A stretch of 51,947 nt of DNA, filler included, from Bipalium vagum (taxonomy: Eukaryota), in assembly GCA_037834085.1 (NCBI GenBank). It is 3 parts of 3 records of this genome, joined end to end, with 100 filler letters (N's around TTAATTAATTAA, not from the genome) between each part and the next. Parts side by side here need not be neighbours in the genome. Positions count along the whole stretch, not along the records: positions 1 to 18,019 come from JBBMKC010043770.1; 2 more parts are not named here. One strand, written 5' to 3'. The position numbers were made by a program, and so were the translations under genes. Positions 1 through 13,300 of this stretch are shown here, piece after piece. The notes beneath the pieces were generated by a model, which worked only from the letters and a program-made list of their open reading frames with translations, was not told the DNA's origin and did not search any database. How positions within the stretch are numbered: position 1 is the first letter of the stretch; each line of letters opens with the position of its first letter.

Positions 1-210
1 TCAGCGCTTGCAGTACGCCATCCAATTTCAGCAACTGGCCAAAGATGATGATCAATTTTTGACCAATTTGATAATGAATGATGAAGCTCATTTCTGTTTG
101 AATGGTTGCATCAACAAACAAAACAACAGATTCTGGGGTAAATCGAATCCTAGAGAATTACATCATCATCAATTTCGTCCACAAAAATGCACTGTTTGGT
201 GCGGCGTTAT
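1..210 (+). mobile_element. Tc1/Tc3-like (DUF4817-associated type) transposase fragment
   Basis: ORF 8..232 has 'LIMNDEAHFCLNGCINKQNNRFWGKSNP...KCTVWCGV', matching the family's FSDEAHF-LNG-VNKQN-R-W...VWCG motif. It is truncated at about 210, where LTR-like sequence begins. Confidence 0.8.
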
Positions 211-439
211 GGCTACGATCACCAATCCCTAGTCGGAGACAACTATAGCTTCTCACTATCTCCACGCCGAGATAGTCTCCTGATCCCATGAAAAATATTC
301 CCCACGGCGGGATTTTCCCTTACTAATTAATCAGAAAAAAAATTTCCCCCCCTTTTTTGTATTATTATTATTATCGAAATTATTATTATTATTACTGAAA
401 TTGTTATTATTCAAAAATATTATTTTTCAAAGCCCAACA
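211..439. mobile_element. Partial copy of the solo-LTR family at 10608-11578
   Basis: Shares 'tacgatcaccaatcc..tcggagac..gcttctcactatctccacgcc.agatagtctcc', 'ccccacggcgggattt', ATT-rich tracts and the terminal 'cccaaca' with 11203-11578. Confidence 0.85.
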
Positions 440-740
440 GTGCACTACTTTGACATTCAAAAAGGAGTCAGAAAAGAAATTTAATGAACCCAACATTTCA
501 AAAACTTAACAGAGAAACAAAGTATAATAAGATGTTTAATATCTTTCTCAATTTAGTTTCGATCAAAATAATTTTTGCCAGTACATGCATTTGTATATAG
601 AGATTAAATTCATTTTATTATAATTATAACGATTGAAATAATTAAAATTAATATTAATTATAAATAACATTAATATTTTTAAGTTTTATAAAAATTATTA
701 AATAAAAATAATAATTTTAAAATAAATATTAAATGTAGTA

Positions 741-820
741 TTAGGTTGTCCAGTATGAAACGTCGTTTTTTGTATCTGAATTACTTCTATAAATACGACA
801 TTTCATACTGGACAACCTAA
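741..820. mobile_element. 80-bp mariner-type MITE (MADE1-like architecture)
   Basis: TIRs of about 30 bp with 2 mismatches (ttaggttgtccagtatgaaa.../...tttcatactggacaacctaa), with TA on both sides. Confidence 0.9.
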
Positions 821-1370
821 TAATATCAATATTTTAAATTTAAGATCATATTTAAATAATAAAAACTATTTAAGATTTTTACACTGTTAACCAAAAAATT
901 AATATTGTTAAATTATATAAAAATTAGGTAAAAACAAAATAATTCTTTTCATATATATTAAATGTAACAATAATTATTAATTTTTACAATAAAAATAAAC
1001 ATAATAATTAATTTAAATATCCAGTCATATTTTAATTAATAATTTTAAAATCATTTGAATCTTCTGAAAGTCATTTCCAATATCGTAAGCGTTTTAGTTT
1101 TCAGGATATTTTCAATTTATAAAAATTATTTAAGGTTAATATTATAAGTGTATTCATAAAATATTTAAAATATTTTGTTTATTTAAGTCAATTTAATCAA
1201 TGGGATGAATAAGACAAAATTAAGTCTGACTAATATAATTCTAAAATAGTATCAGTTAATTTTTACTTAATAATTATAATAATTAATAGCTATAAATTTC
1301 AATATGTATGAAAATATATTTATATATTTTAAATAATATTCGAGTATATATTATATATATTTTATATTAG

Positions 1371-4300
1371 ATGGCTAACTCAAAACAAAATCCTCGCAAG
1401 AACTTACCACAATTTAAGATAGCAGAATCTAATGTTTCATATATCAGTAGTATTCGACCTGTTACATTAAATGTGGAAAAAAATTTAACAGACCATACTG
1501 AAATTCAGATCAATGATAAAAAAATCGTGGTATATATAAAGGAACTTGAAATGATTAATAATCTTGGTATTGATTATTATTGTTATTACTTTTGTAACTT
1601 AACAATCTTAATTATTTATTAATTCAGGAGAAGGAAAGTTTGGGATAGTTGATAAAATGATCCACAAACCTTCTAATTTAGAATTTGCCGTAAAGAAAAT
1701 AAGGTGTTCCATGGATGACAAGGAGCAAAGTCGTATTTTGAACGATTTTTATATAAGTATGCGTAGTTCCCAATGTCCTTACGTAGTTGTAAGTTACGGA
1801 GCCATGTTTCAAGGTGGTGATGTTTGGATTTGTATGGAACTTCTAGATACCAGTCTGGATAAATTCTACAGAAAAGTATTTTTTATTATGTTTAGTTATG
1901 ATTTTATTTTAATAATATTGAAAATAATTTTTTAAAAAATTAAATTATACAAAATTAATTTTACAAGGATATTAATCTTTTTAGTAATGAATTCCATAAT
2001 TTACCAGTAGAAAAGTCTTATCAAATGTAAAAAATTACAGTTTTTCAAAAATATTTTAAATAAAAATAATTATAAGATGCTTTTATAATGAATTGAAATT
2101 ACTAACTGATATAATTAATGGAGTAATTAATTGTAGAGAAAAATCTTATTATAGATTTATAAATAATTAATAAAAATAGAAAATAATTATTTTATTGAAT
2201 ATTAACTTTTAAATGATTAAAAAAAATTATTATTGATCATAGTCTGATTTAAAGTTAACTGATTTACTATAATCGGATAAGAAATTTGTTACTGAATCAA
2301 CAAATTTTTGACCTAAGACTGTTAAAGTTTATTTCTGTTCAGGTTATCATTCCTTACTATTCAGATGAAATAGATAATTATGAACGAGCAGTTACCAATT
2401 AAAATATAACATGAATTTGTTATATATAAACTTTATGAAGTCTTAAAATATTTTTCTATGCTATCGAAATATTAATAAACAAACAGATGTTTAAATTTAA
2501 TTTTTAGTACTTTGTACAATCAGTATAATAATGTAATTATAATCACGGTACTTAACATTTCTTATAATTCCATCTTTGTTTTTTTATATTTTAGTGTAAT
2601 TCTTAGTTTTTAATGTGGTTTTGTTGAATTTTAAATTTTAATGTCATAGATTACGTGGTGCGCCCAATAAGTCCGTGCAATAACTAGGAAAGCAATTTTA
2701 TCGAAACACTCAACTATTACACAGTAAAATGTAACATGTATAGACATCATTTTTCAATATAAGACCCATTTACATCCACTCACTTTTTCCAGCCCTGGAT
2801 CAGTTCAAAAAATGCACCTTTTGAAGAAATCGGAAAACTTATCACGCTGGAAACTCTCCACCTCTTCTCTCATATCTTCAGCATTTGCAAAATGTTTGCC
2901 ACGCAAATGTTTCTTCATATACCTGAAGAGGTTAAAATCATTGGGGCAAGGTATGGACTGTAGGGAGGATGGTGCAATAGGTCCAATCCACTTTCCTCCC
3001 GAACTCGCATGGATGCTTCACTTTTATGGATTGGTGTATTGTCCTGGAGAAACCACATTGGAATCGGCATGTCGGCATTTCCACACAAGATCAGAGTAGT
3101 ATGCAGAGTTGAGCCAGTTCTTTTTACAGAAAAATCGACAAGGATAAAACCACGAAAATCATAAAAATTCTCAGCTTCAGACATGTTTTGTTGGAGTTTC
3201 CACATCTCATCTTCCTGTAACTTAATTCTCCTGGAAATTTCCATTTACTTAACTTGCGTTTAAATTCTGGAAGATACCGACTGAGAATGGTTTAATCTTG
3301 AGTGATTATATTATGCGGGAATGCCTCTCCACCCGAAGGAGGTTTGCATGAGAGCATTCCAGGTGCTTCTCACAAATCTCTGATGAAAAAAATCATGGAA
3401 CAAATCTGGATGCCAGCTTTCTCTCAATTCATAAAGGATTTCTTGTATGGCTCCTTTGATCACACTAACAGCATCAGCCAGTACCTGATGATTCGACTAT
3501 CTTCTCGAAAAAATATTCACATTTTTCTTTTAATTTTGTCAGAGATCTCACATGAGCATCCAGTCCTTTGGTGATCAAAAACTGATTTTCTTTCATATTT
3601 AAACAGTACAATCCACTTTTTGCTTTGTTCTGCGTGAAGGAGAGTTCTCGCCATATGTATCCATCAATTGGGAAAAAAATTGTTCATTGGAAACATGGCG
3701 TAATACCAGGAACTGTATAACACTGAAATATTTCACTGCATCAATCATGACTTGCACTAAATTACAAAATTCTGCGAATTTCAATATTAACTGTAATGAT
3801 AATTTAAAACAAACTACACAAATTAAACATATAGCAATATAGTTACAATAAAATTTTCATTTCATGACAAAATTATATTTCCTTATACACATTGCCCTGA
3901 CTTATTGGGCGCACCGCGTAGGTTCCGAATTATTTAATTTTGGTTGAGGTTTCCAAGGACTTCTAAAATGCTTGTTTTGCAAAATTGGTTTTCAGTACCT
4001 AATAGACTTGATTTGTCTTCCACGAAGTAACTATTTAAATATCTAAAAAAGAAATATTTTCTTTCAAAATCCTTAACATCTAGATGATACCATAGATGAT
4101 TTTCCTATTAATAATATAAAAAAATTATAGTGCAAAAATATTAGTACAGATGAAAAGTCTTTAGCACTGAAGCGAGCAAATGATTTTTTAATGATAGAAT
4201 ATATATTTTAAATAATCAAATAATTAAATAAATGAAAGATAAATTTTAAAAATGTCTATGCTGAATATTTTACTAAAAATAATGAATCAAATTTAGGAAT

Positions 4301-7300
4301 GGCTGAAGAAAGTATGATGCTCAAATTCAGAGATATTAGAGTAATAGTTGATTATTGCTTCAAAAGGAATATGTCCACAATATACACCACCAGCGAGATT
4401 AAGTGTTTTGGGGACAAACGCTGTTAAATATTCTATCCACATTTCGGCTTATATGTGGATAGAAAGCACAGTGGACTACCACAAAAATTATGCATACATT
4501 CAGAGCGCATAATTCATAACACATGGTTTAAAAACAATCATGTTCATTAGTAGCATCACATATTACCTAAACGTTCAAGGAATTCCAATCGTGTCACGCA
4601 ATACGGTTAACAGAATTGTATTAAAATTCGGATTACGATTTTTTATGGCTGTTCAGGAGCTTTTTGTAACTGAAAAACAATAAGAATTGAATAAATATAT
4701 TTTAAATGGCATTAGGCTATAGGTAGATAGGGAAAAATCAATGTATTTTTACACTTTGTCAAAGTTCTAGACAGAATTAGACGATTTCATAACAAAAGAT
4801 TCTGTTTTAAGATTGCTAAGAAAATTCAGTCACATAGATGCATAGTTCATGTTTGGTAATTTTTTATTAAGATTTGGCAGTGCAGTCCTGAAACCGATAA
4901 GGATAAATATAAATTATACAACTTATCAAGACTTACTTGTCAACGATCTCTATCTTATCAGCATCAATCATTTCATTTCAGATTGAAGGAAACATACTTA
5001 TTCTTGAATAGCTTGAAAATTTTCTTGGTATGAATCCTATGGAGAATTTATGGTATTTCATTAAGAATGTAGGATCTTTGACTTCGAAGCAAATATTGAC
5101 AGAAATACCCATGTCTTGCTTAATATTCCCTTTTTAATTGCTTCCTAACTATCATGTTTCATTATATTTCATTTCTTTTTAAATTCATAAAATGATGAAA
5201 CACTCTAAACGGTTGCGAGCAGTATTTAAGGCAAACTTGATAAAAACTTATGGAGTTCTATTATCCTATGTTTTATTACTTTTCGCTATGAAAAAATAAA
5301 AAATTGTATTTTTTTTCTTTCGTGGTGCGATGTGATCAGTATTAAGTAATTTCCATATGCAAAGTTTGATTTAAAGTTGAATTACATAAACATTTAGATT
5401 TAATAAAAGCTTATAAATACACACTTATAAAATTCTTTTTTCAGTTTAATAACTACCAATACAAAATCAATTGCATTAACAACAATATTTCACAAATATA
5501 TTGAATTATAAGCCACATCTTTAACTTTTCAGTTTTGTTTGAGTGTTAAAATATTAACTGTTCATTTTTAATCTGTAATACGAAAATTATCAACCATTTA
5601 AAAAACATAATATTCACGACCTTGTTAATTTGTGATGACCTAATTCTCAATCATATCTTCAGTCTGTTGCAACAGTCTGTTTTTAAGGGTCACCGTGCTT
5701 TCATTAACATTGATTTCATGTAATAATATTTTTTTATTGATTTACCATATTTCATGACCTCAAATTAATTGTTGACACTATTTGCATTAAATTCCCCTTT
5801 GAGTTATTTTAGTCTGAAAACTATTTAAAGCCAAAATTTTAAAAAATGTACAAATTTTCATAAATCCGCTTCCTGTTTTGTGAAGTGTTCCTTCACATAC
5901 TGTTCAAACAGACCAGACATTTAGTGTTCTGAAAACCGTTCTTTCTTTATATTTCACAACTCATTCAATACATACGTAATTGAAATTTTTTATTATAATT
6001 ATATATGTCCTTAATAGTTGATCAACTGATTTATTTTGTAGTTAAATGTCAGTTTCAGTTTAATAATAAATATTTTTATTGAACTAATCAATTAAAATTA
6101 TAAAGGTTTTAAAAATAAGTCTATCACATTTATATGTAAATAGACTTTAAAAATAATTATTTTATCTAAATATTTCTTTGTAACGGCCATTAAAATTATG
6201 TATATTTTTTTCTTTACTTTATTTATTTTTGTAATTATTAAGAATACCATATCTTTCTTGCCTAGTATATTTTCTAATTTTATTCAAAATATTATTTTTA
6301 AAAAAATTTAATTTTTAGTTTCTTTTAAATAGGAATATTTAAATTTTTATAACATAAAAATAATAATTTTCAAAAAATAATTTTATTTATTTTTTGATTG
6401 GTTAACAAAAATAAACTATTACTATTTAATATTAGTCATAATCTAATTTTTATATGCTTCTGATTGATAAACATATTTTTATTTTCTTTTATTATATTAC
6501 AAAAAATTTCTTTTAATGTATATTTTACACTGTTCTCTTTGATATCTGTCTAATAAATTGTGTAATGTACCTTTTGTTGTTTATATACTGTTATTTAATT
6601 TATAATTTCCTTTGATTTGAAAATATAGTTAACTCTTAAACAATTGGTAATTAAGTTTTGATTATATAAATCTCGAATCTTTGGATAGTATCTTTTAGGT
6701 TTAATTCAGTGCACTAACATAGATTGTTAAAGATAACCGAATATGAATAAAGTTTATTGAATCAATGAATCTGATCTAATATTGGTTATTTTTTAAAAAA
6801 TTTAAAATAAAAGAATATATAATGACGACCATAATTAATTTTTTTAATTAAATATTTTTTCCATATGGTTAATAATTTTGAAATTTAATTTAGTTAAAAA
6901 TTGAAATTGTTCTGTTGATAAGTTATAACATCCATACACATTTGTTTCTATTAAAGTTAAGTAATTTAAATTCTGACTTAATCATTGGCATTTTAATTTA
7001 ATTTAATTGTTATTTACCAAGTTAATATCAATTATTAAAATATTTTAGTAAAAGGAAAATATGATTAAAGCATGTACATCAATAATTTTAAGAACTATTT
7101 TATAGATTTTAAAATTATTTAAAAATTGATTTAAGAATTAAATGTAACACTTCAGCTAAAAAATTAAAAAAAAATTAATTTATCTGTTTAGGAAAATGTT
7201 GAAATGCATTGTTCAGTTTATTTTGAAATGTTAATTCTAATATTCTTATTTTAATATTTGTACTTGAACTTTGAATGTAAAGTTTATTCTTATGAATATA

Positions 7301-10300
7301 TAATTGTGATTATAAGTTTATTGTTCTAATTATTTCTGTGACTTAATTTTATTATAAGATTATTAATTTGTAATAATTAATAGAATATTAATTTATATTG
7401 AAAAAGTAAAAAATATCTCACATTATCTAATAATTGTAATTATAATTTTTATATAAATTGTGGAATAATTATTAAATATTGTCTTGCATATACACTACCG
7501 TCGGAAAGTATTTGTACACCCTTTAAGTATAACTTTGAACTCTAACAACTCTTACAAAAAAGCAATAAAAATTAAGATTTTTTCAAAACATATTTATTGA
7601 TAATTCTCAAACATAGTAACCTAAGAAACATTTTAAATAAATAATTAAGCATTAAACTGAAGCTTCATCTATGTAACCTCCTTGTTTTTTAATGATCATC
7701 TGGCATAGCCTTGGTATTCTTTCTAATAAATTTCTTAAGGTATCTGGTTTAGTTTTTACCCATTCCTTCTGGAGTTTCTGCCACAGATCCTTCTGTGTAT
7801 TTGGGTAGGTTTTTCTAATACTTCGGTCCAATTCATCGCATAGCAACTCTATGGGATTAAGGTCAGGTGATTAATTGATCATTATTTTTATGATATTTTT
7901 CTTTTCCATCTTTTTCAAATAATCCTGGCATAGTTTGGCTTTATGTTTGGGATCATTGTCCTGTTGAAAAGTAAAATTATTTTCGATAATTCTTAGTCCA
8001 GAAAGAATGGCGTTACTTCGTAGTTTATTTTTATAGCCTTCTTTGAATAAATTCCCATCAATTTTGATTAGATCTCCTAATGATGGACCACCAAAACAAC
8101 CCCAAATCATAACAGATCCTCCTCAGTGCTTCATAGTTGGGATTATGCATTGATCTGAGAACCTGTCACCAGTAGACCTGCGAACAAATACACGCCTTCT
8201 TGATAAAAAAAATCAAACTTCGATTCATCCGACCAAAGTACCTGACATAAGTTTTCGAATGACCAGTTTTGGTGTTCCCTAGCCCATTCTAATCTTATCT
8301 ATTTATTTTTAGGCCGAAGAGATGGTTTCCTAGCGGTAATTCTTTATGAAGCTGGTCTTTTACCGTTGTTACGCTATACCTCTTTCTCGGACATGGTTTA
8401 TGTTGTATGCCAGTTTTGTAAAAATCTTTCGATTTGGAATCGAAAAAACTGCGGGCCGTATTGATAACACCATCTTGAGTTTGGAATTGCCGCTGCCTCA
8501 TAAAATTGTCCAGAGATAGGAAAAGATGGTAATCACTTGGGGAGATATCTGGAGAATAAGGTGGATGTGGTAATGTTTCTCAGCCAAGCTCAGAAATTTT
8601 TTCATGGATTAATCCTGCGATATGAGGCCTGGCGTTATCTTGTAAGAAGAGCACATTCTTTCGATTGATCAAAGAAGGTTGTTTCTGGATAAGTGCAGCT
8701 TTTCCTCGTTCAAGCTGATCACAATAGACTGCAGCGGTGATGGTTTGACCACTTTCCAAGAATTCATAATGAATAATTCTGGCTGCTGTCCACCAAACAC
8801 ACAATAAAATCTTTTTTTGGATCTAAGGGGTTCTTTGGAGTATGCGTTATTGGAGCAGTTGAGGATAACCGATGACGAGATCGCTTACTATTGCTGAATA
8901 ATAGCCATTTTTCGTCGCAGGTTAATAATCGATCGAGAAAGGACTCTTTTTTATATCTTGATAAGTTTGCTGAACAAATGGAAAAGCGGCATATTTTGAT
9001 GGATTCTGACAAATCATGTGGGATCGTTGGTCTTCCAGAACGTGCTTCATCGGTTAGGCTGAAATCCCACAATGAAAATTTTTGAAACCACTTTTGTGCT
9101 GCACGATCGCTTACAGCATCATCTCCGAACGCCCTACATATTTTTCGCGCAGCTTCGGCAGCTTTCGTGTCAAGTTTGTAATCATAGAGTAAACTACTTC
9201 GAATTTGCGCTTTTTAGGTGGCCATTTTGACTAATTAATTGAACTTTTTAAACAATCTTTTCTAAATTTTTTTAGAAATCAATTGAAAGGAAAATTATTA
9301 CCTAACCGAAATAAAACCATATAAATAATTCCTATCAATAAGTATCAATAAAATCTATCATAAAGTTCGTGTGGTATTTAAAAAAAACCGCACGAACTTT
9401 ATTGATTACCTAATATATTAAAATTATTAAAAAAAAATCTTACTTATTTTAAAATTCAAACTTAGAAAAAAACAAAAATGAACTAATTAAAAAATTGGCC
9501 TTTTAACAAAGTTATATTAACAGTACTTTAAAAATCTTAATTTAACTTACCTTGCTTTAATTATATCCGAATAAAATGATAAAGTGTTTAGAAATATTTT
9601 TTAGCTAAATTTATAAAAATTAAAATGTAGAAATTCATATTGAAAAATGTATTATCTTTGTGTTCTATCGTTATCTATGTGTAAGGTCCTAATAAATTTA
9701 CAATTACAATAGGGTTTTTAAGGAAAACATTAAACTATGTTAGAAAAATTGATCATTTTCCATTTTAAGAAGAGTGTACAAATACTTTCCGACCGTAGTT
9801 ATACAATATTCAAAAGTCGTCACTAAAGGTAAACTTAAATATTTTTCATTCAATTTAATCCATTTAAATTTCTACTTTTATAATACTGACTTATGTAAGG
9901 TTAGTTTTATTTTAATACAGTCGAACCTCTATTTAACGACGCTTGAACACGGGCCCGACGAAAAAGGTAAAGGAAAACCAAAATAAAACCTCTATTTTAA
10001 CGAAATTATTTTTAATAACAAATAAACATTTAAATTAAATTAAACTTTTATTTAACGATACTCAATTTGTTTAAATTTTTTAAAATCAAATGGAGCCAAA
10101 AAATTTAAAGAGACGCGTCTTGACATTGTATGAAAAAAACAGATTATCGAAGCTGCATCTAAGAATTCTAGCCATACAGAATTTGCCAAACGTTTTGGAG
10201 TTCCCAGAACCACCATTATTGCGATTCTAAATTCCAAGATGTCGATCGAAAAATGCCGCTATGGTAGATAGTAATGAACTAAAACGAAAAAGGATATTTC

Positions 10301-13300
10301 AAAGACGACATGAATGTGTCGATCAGGCGATTCTAATGTGGTTTAAACAATCTAAAAATCACAACATTCCAGTCACTGGCCTTCCTTTACAGGAAAAAGC
10401 TAGAACATTTGCAACAGCTTTAAAGATAAACGACTTTCAGGCAAGCAACGGATGACTTCAAAAGTTTTCGCAACGTCATTCCATCGTCTTCAAGTCGTAT
10501 CAAGGAGAGGCTGGTTCAATAATAATATATAATATAATTGATCTCAATAATAGGCAGCAAGATGTACTCCAAGAAAATATTGGACAATATCATCCAAATA
10601 ATGTATTTGTTACTATTATACTAAAATGTAGCAACGTGTGCTCGTCTGCTCGTGACTCCTCAATTCGTATAACTCGTTGTGTTCGAAATCCCTCTGAACT
10701 CCTTTGAATGTAAAACACCCTCCACTATACAATATCCGCTCCCTTAATAACCAATTCGAAATATTTAAAATAAAACTTTATTTGTATTAACAATTAGAAA
10801 TATTAAATCGATCACAAAAGAAATGTTATTATGGATAAACTAAAATCTCGCTACTACTGAATTTAAATTTAATAATGATAATAATGTAATACTAAAATTG
10901 AAGAAAAAAAACGAAAAATAAAAATAATCAAAATCGATCTCACCGAGAGCGACAAGGGGTCTTCGGGTCACCCTCTAGGCCATTTTTAAGTCGCCTAGGG
11001 GCTCCCTAACTCGCGGGTCCCCTTGTAAAAAGAATCCGACTGCATAATTTTGGACATGGGTAAAAGATTTTCTGTGGTCGTCCTCTTGATTCCTCCAACA
11101 GCGTCTCCTGAGATTTCTTAACAGCGTCCCCTGAAATTCTTGCTCTGGAATTTTTGGGCAACTTAACGGGAGTAGCCGTCTCATTTGATAGGCGTAGGGA
11201 TTGGTTTACGATCACCAATCCTTACTCGGAGACGACTATTGCTTCTCACTATCTCCACGCCTAGATAGTCTCCCTTCTGTCTAGGCTAATGGATTCCTGA
11301 CAGGAATCCATTAGCCTGATCAAAAAATAATCCCCACGGCGGGATTTGTCATTATAGAAATGATAAAAAAATTCATTTTTCTCTCAAAGAAAAATTCCTA
11401 TCATTAGTTTTTTTTCAAAAAAAAATCCTTATTAATATTATTCGAAAATCACCATTATTATTATTACTATTAATCAGAAATTATTATTATTATCGAAAAC
11501 TTATTATTATTACTATTATTAATTAGAAATTATTATTATTATTATTATTCAAAATTATTAATTTTTCAAAACCCAACATATTCAACGTGGACGAAACTGG
11601 TTTTTTCTGGAAACTGTTGCCGAAAAAGACTGGGTTTCAGAGGAGAACGATGTACGACAGGCAAAATGAGTAAAGAGAGAATAACAGTTTTGGTTGGTGC
11701 TAATATGACTTGAAATGAAAAGTTGCCTTTGTTCATTATTGGCAAATCAGAAAATCCAAGATTTAAGAATGCAAAGATTCCACTTAAATATGTTGTCAAC
11801 AGTAAAGCATGGATGACTGCCAGTCTTTTTGAAAAATGGCTCAAAGAATTGAATACAAAACTTAAAATAGGTAATAGAAAAATTTTGCTTTTACTGTTCT
11901 GGACATCCACTAAATGTACATTTGGATAACGGCAATTTAATGTTTTTTTACCGAATACATCGGCTGAAGCACGGCCCATGGATCAAGGAATCATCCAAAA
12001 TCTGAAAACCCATTATAAACGCTGGTTGTTGCACCAAAAAGTCAATTCAGTGGACAATGAAAATCCATCGACAATTAATACTCTTGATGCTTTACACTTT
12101 CTTCGCCGTGCATGGGAAACCGTAACATCAAATACTATCAAGAATTGTTTTCATAAAGCAAAATTTATGGATTGCAAAGATTTGTCAGATGAAACAAATA
12201 CAAATGATGAAGTTTCGGTGCTTTTTCAAAATTTAAATGAATTAGAAACAATTTCTACCGAGATTACTTTGGACATGTATATTGCAGCCGATCAATATTT
12301 GGTTACAGATGGTGTCATGACCATAGAGGAAATCGTGGCATCGGTGAATGACGAAGAAAATATAATTAAAGTGGTGATTTAGATAAATCAGAATTACCTC
12401 ATGTTTTAGCTAAGGCAGCATTTTACGCTAAGGAAATTGTGCGACGTTATATGCAAGAAAATATTGATGATCAAGTGATAATTAATGCTTGAGACAAGCT
12501 TCATGATATTATTTCTAAAAATGGATTAAAAGAAATGAAACAAACAACTTTATTTGATTTTAATAAACATTAATTATAATAGATTGTTTTGTATATTCTT
12601 TGTGTTATATTTTATAATTAAAATCTCTCGATTTTTATCATTTACGTACATTTATAATTAGAAACAAATTTCTTAAAAATCTTCTATTTAACGACATTTT
12701 CTTTCGGTCCCTTTGGGTGTCGTTAAATAGAGGTTCGACTGTATTAGTATAAGCAAATAGCGGGGCCTACGAACATCAGACTAAAAATTTTATTATTAAT
12801 GGCCAAATTCAAGCATATTTATGCGGTATAATATAAATTAAAAGATGAATGTGGGAAAACTCACCTTTTTAAAATCAGTTTAAGAGACCTTTCATCGTTT
12901 TTATGAAACTGGGTAAGTAGAATATCGAGAACATTTTGGAATTTTAAAGAAGATCACTAAAAATTAAGTTAACAAAGTTGACACAATTATATAAAATGTG
13001 ATACAATGTTGCTACCACCTATTCATTGAATTATATCAGTACAATTATCATTGAAACCTTATTGACGGTATTCACACAAGAATTAAATGAAGAAGATTTG
13101 CAAGACAGTTTAGATTTGTAAAACGCTAATCCGTATGTTATTAATAGAAAATGTTGATATTCAAGAAAATATTTTCTTTTCAGATGAAGCAACATGTTAC
13201 CCAAGAGAACTAATAAATAAACATAATGTCAGATATTGGTCAAAAACTAATCCACGTGTTAATTTTGAAACTCTCGTAAAATCTCCGAGGGTCAATGTTT

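Noticed and set aside
10975-11218. Two short minus-strand ORFs inside the LTR
   Set aside because: Short, with non-ATG or weak starts and no gag/pol motifs; explained by the GC-richer LTR core.
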